A stretch of 63,900 nucleotides of DNA, filler included, from Choristocarpus tenellus KU-1152 (GCA_964200185.2; 13 parts of 13 records of this genome joined end to end with filler, not necessarily neighbours in it), one strand, 5' to 3'; shown: positions 37,203 through 51,121, numbered from the whole stretch's first letter. Translations and numbers: made by a program. The notes: generated from the sequence alone by a model not told the origin.

Positions 37203-40200
37203 GTTATGTAACTCAGGATCCAATCAAGCTTGATACTTGACAGATATGTCCACACTCAGATTACGAAAGCTGAAATGGAAGCAACGTGAACCTTGCCTTT
37301 ATCCACTAGCTTGCTTGTAATTTTAGGCGAAGGGGTACTTCAGTCTCAAGGACAAAGGAAAGAGGAGAGGTGGATTGTGAAACAAATAGAGGGCAAGGCA
37401 ACCAGCTTCAACTCAAGGGTACCTCCTTCAAAAATGTTTTGTTTTTGTGAAACGAACCATCATCGACCAGAGTGACCAAACACAGAAGTTGTGTGGAATT
37501 TTGTAAGATCAAGGTTCATGAACGTTGATTGATTGGATGTAGCGAGGTCTGTTGTAGATCCTATAAAAGGATCAATCTTTTATAAACGGAATTGATGTAA
37601 CATCCGTCATCCACAAGAATCCAACAATACTGCACTAATACTACTCTTGTAGTTTGTTGTAGTAGTAATTGTTAGTATTTGTGTAAGATAATGCCGCAAT
37701 TTCATATGGAATTGGGAAGAGAGTAATTTGGGATTGTCTGGTTCTATCAAGCTAGGTCTTTGATTCTTTCTTGCATATTAACCATCTATAATTAGTTCCA
37801 AATAAAAGGATATGTGGAAATATCCTATACCAACTATATTATATAAGAAACTGGAGAACAAGAAAAAAATGACCTCAATCACCATTACTATAACATTAAA
37901 TTTAAACGCAAAGGTTCAACCGACGGTATTACAACTTTTTGTACAGTGTGTCAACAATACACTACTCTTGTAACTTGGTAGTTCTAAGTTCAATATATTT
38001 TCTTTAAAACATGACTACATGTGTATCACAGAAAAACCCAAACCAGTATCACAACGACCTCTCTAACTATAACAACCCCTCTAAACGTAATAACAGTTGT
38101 TGTATCTGCATCGTCAAATGCGTCAAATGGTAGATATATAATAAAACAATTTATCATGGATGAGTTGACCACCCATCCAGTATGAGAGAGTGGGGTTGGG
38201 GTTATTCCAGGAGAGGCTCTCTTCGGACGTGTCATCTGTTTCAACCTATCTATATACACCAGGTAGGTGGGCAAGAAGGGGCCTGACAGATTATATGGGA
38301 TGCTTCTCAAGCTCATTGCCCACCTTCTTCGTAGGGCTAAGCTTAAGCTTGGATACCCACCCTACCAAAAATGTGTGGTCGCTAGGGTAACAATAAGACA
38401 ACTTACAACATCAACATACAACGTACATACCACAGAACCTTCAATTTGGGTAGAAAGGATTCTATACTAATGTACTCTACTAGAATTAAGAACTTATTCT
38501 TAGACGTGAGGAAGTGCATTTTGAAAAGGTGTACGTCATCAACTTTACAAACCACATACCAACCACACCCATTCATTCTACCTCTTGATGATGTCATATC
38601 CTCTCTTCTCATTATGTCCACAATTAAATCGAATATCGTTGTAAGTTTGTTGAAGACGTTATATATACCTCCAACACGAAAGAATATTCTCTACGATATA
38701 GTGAAGGCCTTGGGAGGGTCTATACACATCCTTCTTTCTACAGGTGTCCCCTCAGAAGACCTGGCTGAAATTATTGGCCAAGACTGGGTAACTTGGGGGG
38801 GAACAGCACCACCTGCACCTNNNNNNNNNNNNNNNNNNNNNNNNNNNNNNNNNNNNNNNNNNNNTTAATTAATTAANNNNNNNNNNNNNNNNNNNNNNNN
38901 NNNNNNNNNNNNNNNNNNNNGTTCATAGTAACGGTGATACCTAGTGGTACATGTGTGATCAATCTCTTGTGAAAAATGGAACACAATCATGCCATTGGTT
39001 CAATGAACAAAGTTAATAGAATGCCGCGAAATTTTTAGGTTAATAAATAAGCGATCGTGAAGGTTTCTTTGCTTTGTTTAAAGCAGTTGTGTTGTTGGAC
39101 AGTTTTTTCGCTTACATTATCGTTCGAAAGATTCGAACATTTAGATGTAGACATTTCGGGTGACACACCAATAATTTATTTATTTGTCACAATTTTTTTC
39201 AATCTGTATCTCTGTCACATATTCTTCAATGGAGTTTGAGGAGATAGGAAATTTATTTGTTCTGTTATTGAAATTTGCAGAGCACGACGCCTTATGAGTG
39301 GTAGATGTGGAATGTTTGGGCTACGTAATTGGGGAGTGTACGCGCAGTTCGTACTCAATACAAAAGTTTAGGTGCTATACTCTTGTAACAAAGAAAAACA
39401 ACTTAATTGAAAAACAAGTTATTTAAATAGTGGTTGACCCAATCAAGAAACGTAGAGTGCGATGTGGAGGCAGAAGTTATCGTGTTGGAGTATTGTGAGT
39501 TTGAAAGCATCGATATTTCGTCGGAAAATGTGAGGTTTGTTAGTACATCAGTATTGCATTAAAAATTACATCGTTTAGAATAAGTGTACTTCTGCATAAA
39601 CTGTATTGGATTTCTTTGATTCCTAGCTTGCTCATCGTCTCAAGGTAGAGATGTAGGTAGGGTTGAAGACACAGGAAGGCTGTAGCACAACGTACTAGGT
39701 GAATTTAGTGCCTTCAAAGGGATTATTGTATGGGCGTAGTTTTCATTTGTTTTCCCCCGACAAAGTCGGAGAATGTTAAGGGAGGTAATAGTAAAAATCT
39801 GTTCATGAGTTATTGTCACCGATGCTGTTCTGCTGCTGCTAGCAATTCTGTATTTATTTTGTTATGGCCTCTGATATTTTGGTGGTGTGTCGAGTGAAGA
39901 CCAAATGTACTCCTCAAAAAAGAGTATAAGCTGTGTAAAAAACACTCAGTGGTTGTCGGCGAAAGGTAACTATTTTCTAAAAAACATCTACTGCTACTCT
40001 TTGAAAAGCAACTATACAGCAATGTTCCCTTAAAGGTTGGTCACTACTACCTAGTAATATGTATACCATTATACTTCTAACCTGCCTTGGCCCTGCGACG
40101 GTGGTGACAACCTAAGAAAACATTGCAAGAATCTGAGAAGCCCCTTCTTGTCCAGCTGCTGGGATCTCTAGTGTGAGACGCATGACATGTCTCGAAAGGA

Positions 40201-40556
40201 TCAGTTGTCCAGTGACAAGCACCATCTTTATATTATTTGGTATCCTGAAAGAATGATAATATTTATTTATTATTGTGCCCTATTATATTTCGCAGTCTTC
40301 CAGGGAAAACCAAGCTGCATCTATATATTTTATTATTATGTTTCCTCTCACATTTTGCGGATGCCCTAGTTAATAGGTGAAAAACTAATGGAAACTTTTC
40401 ACATGTATATGTGTCTGAAAAATCCCTAAGTAACAGTTGTCACATATTTCATATATTACAACATATATATCTACATCTATATTGTACTACTACTGCCTTC
40501 CTGTGTGTCAAACCTATTCCTGCACCCCACGGTGAGGATATTGGAAGGATTACTAC

Positions 40557-41448
40557 TTTGGAAAGCAGGTTTGTTTGCCATACTGTTAGTGCCGTATGCA
40601 ATATACCGTTGGATCGTTTGAGGCTTCTGGTCAGGAATAACGAATTCTAGTGGAGGATCTTTGGTAAGATTAAGGTGTGGAATCTTTTCTAACCCCACAG
40701 GTAGTTGATATCTCCTCAAATCAGAGATGACAAGCACCAAAGACTCTCTTTGATGTCACGTCTTGACAATCTGATGATAAATTCTCCAATGATATTTTCC
40801 TCACTCTGTGGTTCAGAACTTGCAATTGTCCAACCTTGTCCAACCTCTGTTACAGGAGAAGAGCGCGAGTATTTCTTCTTGCGTTCAAACAAGCGCGAGC
40901 AGTGCACACACGTAAGGATTCTTGCAAGAGGAACTCCGATTTGGTAGAAGGTGCAGAGTATGATTGGTAATGCATAGGTAACCTTACAGAATAAACGTCG
41001 ATGTGCTAGATGTAGAGTAAGATTTGTAATTTGAGGATGTATACAACAGTTTGAAGGTATCTTTAATTTGTAGATTGTAGAAATCGGTGAATGATGCTAA
41101 TAAAGATGTCTCATCAACCACATGAGTCACTTCTTAATTCTTTCGATAAGCAAAGCATTGGCTGACAACAGCGTGGTTATCGACCGTGATAAATACCCCC
41201 TGTCCAGCTAACCAGACGTGCGTTGGACTCCCTTGACTGTTGGAGTATCCAAGGAGGCTTGTACGAACACTAGCGTAGTTTATTGGTCTGTGGATTGGAG
41301 CTATATATCCTATGGAGGTAAGCTTCTGGAGCGTGCTGTAACACCTCAAGCTTGTCCTCTCAGTTACGGTTAATCTTGTGGTCCGTCTGGTCCGTCTTGC
41401 TCAGTGATTTTCTTTACCACCCGTGTCTCAGTGAACCACGCCCCCACA
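40557..41448 (+). mobile_element. Solo LTR family D, interrupted by a family C solo LTR
   Basis: Starts tggaaagcaggtttgt; homology resumes after 41343 (cttgtcctctcagttacggtt...ggtccgtcttgctcagtgatt). Confidence 0.7.
40848..41343 (-). mobile_element. Solo LTR (family C) with 4-bp TSD
   Basis: TGTTACAG...CTGTAACA termini; TSD CCTC. Confidence 0.78.
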
Positions 41449-41949
41449 GAATCGTACGATTCACACCACTATTGGTATTGTTGTGGATTACTGACGTATT
41501 GTTTACTGATAATTCATACTCCCTCTGTCCCGTAAGTCTACGACGTTAAGAATTTGCACGTTTTGTTTTGACCGTTTCTTCACGATTACAAAGACTTTTT
41601 CCGCGGGAGGGGAGTTTTGATGTTTACATTTTTTCCCGAAATAGTTCTGAATATGTTCCGAGAATTGGAACCGGAGAAAACGTCCTTTTCTCCCCCTTCT
41701 CAGCGGCTGCGCTGCTTGTGGAGGCAGGTACAGCACCCCCTCATCATCACACAACATCTCGGCACCTCGCCAAGAGCCGTACGACGTTTGCTTAGCCTCC
41801 AAAGCATTGACGACGTGAGTCCCATAGTCAATATGGCACTCCAGTGAGTCTACTGTCTTTCGCCAGGATCTCATCTGCCCAGGGTTGCGACCTGAGCGAG
41901 GAAGGTCGAATCGCGCTGGCTGTATGCTACGCTTTAGTGCTACCTCCCG

Positions 41950-42266
41950 ATAAGAAATGGCTTCTGAAAGATTTGGATCAGAGTTGGCAGAGCAGTTTAG
42001 AGTAGTTGGCGAATAATATCCGAGACATCTGTGGGCGCGTGTACAAGAACAATTGGACAGTGGCAACATGCTTTCGCTGAAATTTGCGCCATGAAGTAGG
42101 CGGCCACTGACCCTTGATTCAGCTGTCTGTCAAGCTAGCCGAAGTTGGTCTCGTAGCTGGCAGCTCAAAGCTTCAGCAGTGGCTCAATGTGAAGGGTGTA
42201 ACAAAGGTGAAACGGCGTGGTACCCTGAGCCTATTGCTGATGCATCGAAAGAATCGGGTAGATTTG
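41950..42266 (+). pseudogene. Tc1/mariner-like transposase N-terminal relic, cut by a MITE and the contig end
   Basis: LAEQFRV...LWAR...SRRP, then QLSVKLAEVGL...LQQWL...KRRGTLSLLLMHRKNRVDLAQ, resembling the Tc1 HTH and KPxLTxxHxxxRLxWA region; internal stops. Confidence 0.45.
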
Positions 42267-42702
42267 GCTCAAAGTATCTGGGGGGGGNNNNNNNNNNNNN
42301 NNNNNNNNNNNNNNNNNNNNNNNNNNNNNNNTTAATTAATTAANNNNNNNNNNNNNNNNNNNNNNNNNNNNNNNNNNNNNNNNNNNNCCCCCCCCCCAGA
42401 TACTTTGAGCCCTTTCGTTGTGTCTGCCACATGGTCAATCGAATGAAATCAGATTTCCTTGAATAGAAAATTTGTTCTCTACCAGATTTAAACCCTCATC
42501 TTCCTGTAAGGATGCAATGTTGCTTTTGTGTGAGGTTCATGAAAATTTTATGGATAGCTTTTTGTGAGCGTTATGTTGATTCGACTGTACTTTCTTCAGC
42601 ACATGGAAAAAATGAAACCGATTTCGCATCAAATTGACATAACCACCCCCCCCATCATTGCGTATGTGTTTCATTCCACCTACTCGCCAAGAGGAAAATG
42701 TG

Positions 42703-42774
42703 TGACCCTGACGAGATTCGAACTCGCAACCTTCAGGTCTGGAATCTGACGCGCTGCCGTTGCGCCACAGAGTC
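42703..42774 (-). tRNA. trnW: tRNA-Trp (CCA)
   Basis: GACTCTGTGGCGCAACGGCAGCGCGTCAGATTCCAGACCTGAAGGTTGCGAGTTCGAATCTCGTCAGGGTCA folds as a cloverleaf with one A-C mismatch at the loop-proximal anticodon pair. TTTT terminator a few bases downstream. Confidence 0.9.
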
Positions 42775-43479
42775 TATACCTCCACGATAAGTCTATTTTT
42801 GAGTATTGTATTTAAATAATATTTTACCACCGACACAATATTAACTAAGGTATGCATCATAGATCGGAGTAATTTATTTGATGCCCTCCACTAACATTTT
42901 ACGGAAGTTCTCACAGGGGAGAAAAAAGTAGGCAATAGGCAAGAGAACAAACTAACACAACAACGTAGTCTGATTACTCACAGGAACGAAAGTTGTTCCT
43001 AAACAGGAGTAGCGGTTGTACTTCGAAGTATGATATGGAAACAAGAAAAGACACTTTCCTGGTCAAAAACCATTGTATTATAAAATAAGAGACCTCCAGC
43101 AGGAGTTCTAGGACCACTATAAGGTATCACTGAGCACTAAATAGCACTGCATATCACAAGAGTACTAGAAGAGTGCTAGAAGGCGATACATAGTACTACG
43201 TGGCAGTATATATGTATGCATGACGCATTATGTAAGAGAGCACTGTAAGGCCATACACACTGTAGCCCTATGTATTACTAGGAACGCAAAAAAATGACAC
43301 AAGGTACTCCATAGTGTTCTACATAGCATTTTCTAACATTGTATCACTATCAGAACCACCGTGACAACATAGCGATGAACAGCTTAAAGTAGTTGATATC
43401 CTCATACGTATTGCTACCACAAAAACCCTAACATATGTGGCACCATGGTGTTTCAAACACTCTAAGGCATCACACAGAG

Positions 43480-43668
43480 CAATGTTGCGATTTTGATGTA
43501 ATTTTTTCTATCATGTGTGTTAGGAGATGTCAATATCCTTGTTCCAGACACACCTTTTCATAACGTTTACATGTTGGAGTAGGTAAAATGTAATTACAAA
43601 CCTGTGGGAAGCCAATTCCCAAATTGACAAACAGGGGGAAACTCGTACCCTCTAAGGTACTTTCACTC
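43480..43668. mobile_element. MITE family B, one end missing
   Basis: Internal homology plus right TIR taccctctaaggtactttcactc. Confidence 0.8.
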
Positions 43669-45140
43669 CTACACAGACCTTGAATCACACCCTCATATTG
43701 CCCTTTTCGAGGGGCACAAAATACGTCGCAAAAGTAGTTTTAGTTGGGAAGATTGCTTGCTAATCCCATTTTCTGGCGAGTTGAGATAGGTCTGATTACA
43801 CTAGGAACAATGGATGCGAAGAGAGGGGCAAACAGTACCAAACTGCAAATGACATAAGTCGTTGTGAGTACCAAGTGAAAACCAAGTCAGTATCCCAGAG
43901 GGATACTCGCTCCCTGGACGATGTGCTTGGATACAATTTTGGAAAAGTGAAGAGATTCCACAGGTCAAAGTAGTGTGATTTAGGGCATGACAATGATTAA
44001 AAGATAGCTTCTTACCTACCTATCCATGTAGGGTTAGTTCGTCTTAGGCAGCCACGTCGATTTTCTTCGAGGTCCTAAATATAGAAAGCGCGTGTCAAAA
44101 ATATAAATGGCGCTTCATTCCACCCCAAGGAAACGTTCTGCGCGCAATTTGAAAATATCCCATTCATTTCGATAATTTATCAGTTGTTACTACAAGGCGC
44201 AAAGCGGTGGATATTTGTAACTGTAGCCAGACACCCTCCTCTTCCCTTCTACCTGTATACATAGTTCAACAACTCTTTAATAATTAAACAGTGATATTGA
44301 TTGGATGGTTGTCCCAGAATATGTGCTATGTTTTCATACTCTCCGGCAGGTTGTTGACCGCGATGCTTTCATTGTTTATAGTTGAGAATTTCTTCTTGGT
44401 CTTTTTGACAAAGTTACGCGCAGACTCCACAGCTATGCCTAAATACACGTTTAGCTCGTCCATCAATTTTGCACTGGAAGGCACAACCCCCACCTGCTAC
44501 AGTCCACCCCTTCAATATAGTAGACGCGCACTAAAGATACCACCATTCAAACTGGACAGAATTCTCGCAGAGACTGTGTAGCTAAATTCAGCATAATCCG
44601 TGGGCCATAACCCCATTAATTCCGCGTTGTCCCCGAGGGATCATCTCAATATTCGCGTTTCCCCTTTTCTGCATCTCAGGACGACAACTCATCTATTTAT
44701 CATCCCGCCATATGGAGTCATGGTGATTATTTGCCTTTGGTGGAAAAGTGGTCTCTGATTGTTTGACAAAATCAGAGACTGGGGAGCTATCCCAGCATAA
44801 TCTTTCGGCCACTACCCCACAACTGTTCCGTACTATCTGTCCCCGTGGAATAGTGATATCTCAATATTTGTCAGACCTCCAGCAGCAATAGGTAGGACAC
44901 AATTAGGGGCTGTATGGTGTGAGCCTACCTTAGAAGAGGAGAAGTCCACTATGCACCGACCACAGTGCTGTACCCGCACCAGGAGGAAGATCACCGGTGG
45001 GAACTGAGGCTGGATGGCATCAATGATTTATGTCTGAGCAAAAGGGGTGGGCTGAGCTAGGGAGGGTTCTTTGCAGTAGCTTTGACCTTCAAAGTGGCAA
45101 ATAGGTCATGCTCCAGTAATATTAATGGCATAAAAGGTAT

Positions 45141-45398
45141 GACCCAAACCATTTTAGAGGGTAGGGCCGTGTCCTTTCTGAGTCTTAAATCAAATGTTTC
45201 AATTTTGATTCATTTTGGCTATCGTGTTTGCTAGCAAGTGTCAATATCCTTGCTCCGGACACACCTTCCACAGTCGTATACATTTCAGGCAACTGTGTTC
45301 ACACAGAAAACCGAAAAAGGGCAAAAAACCCCCGAGGGTAGCCAAGACCCGAACAGAAAAAATGGGCAAAACTCCTACCCTCCTAAATGGTTTGACTC
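45141..45398. mobile_element. MITE family B variant with altered TIR core
   Basis: TIR GACCCAAACCATTTTAGAGGGTAG / CTACCCTCCTAAATGGTTTGACTC; TSD TAT; interior homologous to family B. Confidence 0.8.
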
Positions 45399-46425
45399 TA
45401 TGGGACCTGCTACCAGACAGTAGCATCATTAGAAGACATAGCGTTTCAGGGCAACCATTTGGTCAACGTAACTGTCGAACAAAATGTTGTTGAGCCACGC
45501 TTATTATTATTCTTTGCATTATTCTGAGGGATGCTGGATCCGTGGTTGAAAGGTATTCAAAACAGACATTACAAATTTGCGGAAATAGAAAGATTGTGCA
45601 AAGAAAAAATAAATCAGTAAAGAGAAGAAAAGAAGGAAGTTAAAGAAAAAAGGGTCTGTGTATATCTACCAAAACGTCAACGAAAAGAAACTTAGCTTTA
45701 GTACACCAACACTAAAACGCTTGAGACAATAGGACGTCGTTAGCGTTGTCACACAGTGCTGGGTTGTATGGGAGAAAAAAAAAGGAAAAATAACAACATT
45801 TTAGTTATCCATCCCCAAGAAACAGAACCCACATCATGTATCACAAAAAAATAATGAAAGAGGGACGCTAGAATGATCAACCCCCAAAAGGAAAGAGAAC
45901 AGGGGAGTGCATCATCCAGCTTAGAATAGTGGAGTTTATACATGTGTCCTGATCTACTTGGGTTGCCTTGCTGAGCTGCTGGTTCAGCATGGCACACTTA
46001 CTACCAACAGGATTGCATCTCGTCCATGAAGCTCAATGTGCCGCCAACCACATATTCAATCCATCTTTGTTGGTTTGTTGCCATGATGCTCTACTGTTAC
46101 AGCGTGCCCCCGAAGCTTACCTCCACAGGATGTATAGTTCCAATCTACAGGCCTATAGATGATATTGATACACNNNNNNNNNNNNNNNNNNNNNNNNNNN
46201 NNNNNNNNNNNNNNNNNTTAATTAATTAANNNNNNNNNNNNNNNNNNNNNNNNNNNNNNNNNNNNNNNNNNNNAGTTCTAATTGAATCCTTTCCCTCCTT
46301 TTCCACCTTTTTTGTTTTTCCTCCATCCCCTCCGTCGGCAGTCCGTCCCCATAGTGATAATATTGTGCATGAATGTGCATCTGGACGGTAATCACAAGTA
46401 CAAATTGTTGTTGACATTCTCACAG

Positions 46426-48347
46426 GTGGCCATCCTTGGAGCTGAAGCGCCTCCAAAGCTCAAGGCAAAGTGGGGGATCAATATTGCAGGCCACAACATA
46501 CACCCTTCCAAGATCCGGTGGGGGCACATGATCAATGCCCATTAGTGAGTCCATTTCCCTCATCATGTACTGTAGCAGCAAACTAACTGCTCCAGCCCTG
46601 TAAACAATGCATGCTTGTACTCTAATGGTTTTCAGTAGTTAAGTGTTATCTTGTGGGTTCCTTTTCGATCTTATCATGTTGAAATCTGCCAACAAGTGTG
46701 TTGTGGAGAAATGGTAGTATCTTGAGGTTTCACAGGGGTGGAGAGAGGTAGTTTCAACACTTAGCACAGGTCATGAATATAGTTTAGTGTGGATAGCTAC
46801 TACCTTTATATGTAGTGGGTGATTGCCTGACATTGCAAAGGATATTAACAGAGGAAAGGTTCACCAATTTCAACTGGTGGAAAACTGTTTGAGGCAAGGG
46901 CATAGGTAGTAAGCGTTTATTTGAAGGAAATGAAATCTTTTGGTGTTGCAAATATCATTTGACTTGGGTTAAGTCTTATGTATGAGGCAAAAAAATAGTT
47001 TGCACCCTGTGTTGAGGCACCTTGACATGGCCATCTACGCGGAGGGTGGGGGGGGGGGGAGGTGTGCTAAAGGACTTAACGGAGGAGAGGAGAGAGGGGG
47101 AATTGTGTTTAGAACCCTGAGAAGAAACGAAGGCTCATCATTGGTGCAGAAAGAGATACACTTTTTATACACTCCAAGTACTTCACACAAACTAGAGTAT
47201 ATACACATCAGAAAATACTAGTTCAAATTACAGATGTATCCACTAGTAAGTAGATCCCATCTCCCAGAAGATTGAAGTTCTAGTTATCTTTGCACTTGGT
47301 CCAGAGATATTGAGTTGGAGGGAGTGCTTTGACTTGCCTCGCATCTGTGTCTGTGAGGCCATTCTTGTGGATATACTTTGTTGCATGGAGAGATGTTCTG
47401 CAGTTCTTTTCATGCCCACCTTTGGAAGCCACAACTCACCCAGTTGTTTTTGTTGTGCTCCTCTTTCCAGTAATGGATGCAGTAGTCAAATGCCAACATA
47501 TTATCAAAACTGATTTTAAGAGCAACTCCCTCTCCTTGTACTGACTGCTTTTCCCCTGGTTGTGCTTGTCTGAAACCTGCAGTCTGAAGTTCTTCATGAA
47601 AGGGGACTACCACACATCAAAGCTCCACCAGTACATGGCAAAGCAATAAAAGACTTGGTTTCATCATGAAACCTCTCCCCGCTTGGGGCACTAATATGTT
47701 TGTTCTACTGTTTATATTCTCTCTCCTACCTGTTGAATTTGCTCCTGCAGACACCATTGCAAGTGTGGATGCCTCTGTCGGGGTCAAAGTATCTGGGGGG
47801 GGGGTGGCAACTGTCCATTTGGGGCCAATTTTATTATGCCGCATTTTTTGGGTGATTTGGTTGTATGTGTCTGATGGGTAAATGCAAGTGGACTTTTCCT
47901 GGTTATGTCCCAAATGGACAACCTGCTGTAGACCCGTCCCCCCCCCCCCAGATACTTTGGGTCTTGATTTTCTGGAGGTTTTACCCTTACGCAGGGTGTA
48001 TGCAGGTGTATGTACTGATAAGAGACAAGGTGAAAATCCACTTTGCATGTCAACATCTGTCATGTATTTTGGCTTTGTTTCGATATTGAGCCCTCCTACC
48101 GATGTAAGAATGGGTCCAATGATGAGAGGGAGAGAAGTGTGGGATTATGAGAGGTGGAGTCAGAGTGGACAAGCAAATCGGTATTTTGCGTCCATTGATG
48201 ACTCTACTTTGGGTACTCTGTCCTTCTGCTAGCACTGCAAAAAATGGACCAGGTGGAGGAGGGGAAAGCAAATCTGCTTACATTTATGGTTGGAAAAATA
48301 TACTTGTTCATTTTATGTTGTTGACGGTCTCGAGGAATTTGGCACAG
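46426..48347 (+). CDS. Internal exons of an unidentified gene (46426-46544 and 48233 to ~48288 or 48347)
   Basis: cag|...|gtgagt exon VAILGAEAPPKLKAKWGINIAGHNIHPSKIRWGHMINAH joins in phase (TA|C) to the exon starting YTAKNGPGGGGESKSAYIYG. Confidence 0.5.
47781..47963. mobile_element. MITE family A
   Basis: gggtcaaagtatctggggg...cccccagatactttgggtc; flanks tcg/ttg. Confidence 0.85.
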
Positions 48348-48862
48348 GTGTCTGGGTCTCTCTATATTTTCGAACTGTTGCTGTGGTATAGCTAAGTGAA
48401 GACCGGGCATTCCGATTTTGTAAGAATAGGAACGTGCTGAAGAGATATCTGAACATGCAGAGGACGACAACAGCAACAGATTGCTGGAGTATGGAGTATG
48501 TATATATAGAGAGAGTATACAGCAAGATCACAAAAGTACATGGTACAACTATGCGGACATGTTATGGCACCGTGAGGGCCTAGGTTGATCAGAAGGAGCG
48601 ACCACGAAAGAAATTTTATCTGTCAATAAAATAATAAAACATCTAATAGCAAACTGAGTTTAGCAGGTTAATGAGATATAGTTGTACTCGCAGAGTACTC
48701 CAGAATAGAGTTTGGGGCATCTTATTGGTCGTGTAGTCTCCGACTAGATAGAGTAGTTCTTGGTAAATGATGCCTTCTTTCCTTACTACCTGTGACACAG
48801 GTGGCATGGGAAGAGAATCATCGAATCTTACAGGAAAGTGTGGTTGATAAGTTGGGGTTCTT

Positions 48863-49080
48863 ATAACAACGGATCAAGATAATGGCAGATGGATCATTTC
48901 ATGGAGGATGAATTTTTCCCAAAATGGTGAGCGGAAAGTGCCCATATGTTTTTGCATGGATTCCCATTCAAAAAGGGGCCCTTAAAAAAGAAACATATGG
49001 GCACTTTCCGCGCACCATTTTGGGAAAAATCCATCCTCCATGAAATGATCCATCCGCCATTATCTTGATCCGCTGTTTTA
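48863..49080. mobile_element. Fold-back MITE (family F) with ~88-bp inverted arms
   Basis: cggatcaagataatggc...gtgcccatatgttt is mirrored by aaacatatgggcac...gccattatcttgatccg; ~40-bp spacer; TA flanks. Confidence 0.85.
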
Positions 49081-51121
49081 TGCCTATCTTCTGGTACATG
49101 CACTTTCTAACATTCTAAATGGTGATTTCATACTATGGATTAGCTGCATTTCAGACATGGAAATTGGGTGCAGGTTAGGAGGTTTAAAATGCCCAAAATA
49201 CTCAAAAAGGTCTAAATAACCCCCCCCGATAAGATAGGGCAAATCAGAACAGAAACCGGAGTAGGTAGATATTGAAACAGATTCTACGCAGTCTTCTGAG
49301 TGATCAAAGTGTTGATTGCTACATGTGCTAATAACAGTACATGCATGATTTAGTGAGGAGTCGAAAATTAGTTGGGGGTGTGGAAGAGGGGCCTGAGAAG
49401 CCCATACATGTCAGTCTTTTATGGTACTGGTGTTGAACTCCGAGACTTGTTGATGGTGTGCTTTATTAAACAATGAATTGAACACAAATAGCTTCTTACA
49501 CTATAGGGTATTGTTAGGATTAGTTATATATGGCGGCAGGAGGTTGGTGGGCGATTAAGTGATTGCTGCAGATCGGTACCTCTGGTGATACACCACCTTT
49601 GTTTTGCTTTGTTGGCATATGTGTCCATACAAGGAAGACTAGGACTTCAGACCATAGCTTTGAGAAATAGAGGTGTTATCAGTTGTAGGTCTCAGGGGGT
49701 TCATCTGTGCTACCTACTTCTAGTAGTGGAACTTCTACATCTTGACCCTGTGATTGAACAATCAAAACTCTCCAACTATCATCTCTCGCACACTACTGTT
49801 TGCCACCTTTCCCCCTAAAGCATACCTACAGATTCACACCTACAATTAAAATGCTTATATCTACTACTACTAGTAAATATATGTATTTTTATCCCATCAT
49901 CTACTGTATATTTTTGGCAACGGTGTGTAGACAGGTCATTACTTCACATCACACTTCAAGCCTCAATGACCTATTTCATGAAACCATACTGTTACTTCCC
50001 AAAGAGAGAAAAGCATCAGCCAGTGTGGGAGATCGTTTTTGATCTACTCGACTTTTGGTCGACCAAGTCCCCCATTCTATTGCAGTAGCTTCCATTGCTT
50101 ACTGATTTTGTAGGGTGGATGGGCAGTGTCAAACATGATAATGTACCCAAGCACACAGTGGAAGTAAGCAGAGAGAGAGAGAGAGAGAGATTATGGAGAG
50201 TAGTATTACTCTCTCTGAATGAAGTATTTGTGGGCTTGCGATTAGACACTGAAGAGCAGTTAGGTAATGAAATCTTGACCTCTCCTTCGTTATCTTCGCT
50301 GTCACTGTGACAACTATATGATAGTGACAGGAGTTAATTTCATTCACCCATTCACAGGACTGTCCGTTACATGTGACAAAGCTAGATTCCCGAGCAATCG
50401 TTCTCCATCTGGCAGCAGAATGTCTCAGTGCTGAAAAACCACGCCATTTGACATGTATCAACATGATCCCCCCCGTTGCTTGTGGTGCAGCAAGTATCTT
50501 TTGATTGTTCAATTGCTAGAATTTGACCAAATGAATGCCTAACATCTCCATATGCCTTTTTTTTATTGACTCCGGAATAGACCTTAGGTCCCTGAAGCTA
50601 TCATTGAAGGTGATCTTTAAAAAAAGGCTTTACAACTTGTCCTTCCTTTGCTGTTGCGATCCACTCGGACCATGCCTCGCAAGTGTACTTGTTTGAAACG
50701 TACACTTCAGAGTATGTAGCATAGCAAAGTGAGGAATGGGGCACAAGGGACAAGGGTGGGAAAGACTAAGGAGAGTGCCCCCCCGCCCCCCCCCCCCCCC
50801 CCCCCCGAACAACAACACACCCNNNNNNNNNNNNNNNNNNNNNNNNNNNNNNNNNNNNNNNNNNNNTTAATTAATTAANNNNNNNNNNNNNNNNNNNNNN
50901 NNNNNNNNNNNNNNNNNNNNNNATCTCACACCTCTGCACATCGGGGGGGGGGGGGCATGGTTTGGGGTCTAGTCAGCTAAACCGTGTGCGTGCAATCATG
51001 CAGGCACACCATCAATACTGAGAGCAGCTAGAAAGTTAGATAGGCTTCAGTACAATGTAAATATACACCGGTATATGTAGTGTATTTGGTGTCAGACTGG
51101 AGTGTCGCAAGGAAAACCAAC

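Noticed and set aside
42267-42411. Apparent complete MITE A spanning the gap
   Set aside because: The halves are on different contigs and both look like the same end type (ggctcaaag / ctttgagcc). Poly-G MITE ends simply break assemblies.
44270-44700. Stop-riddled minus-strand frame, vaguely like a hAT transposase C-terminus
   Set aside because: Similarity too weak to call without a profile search.
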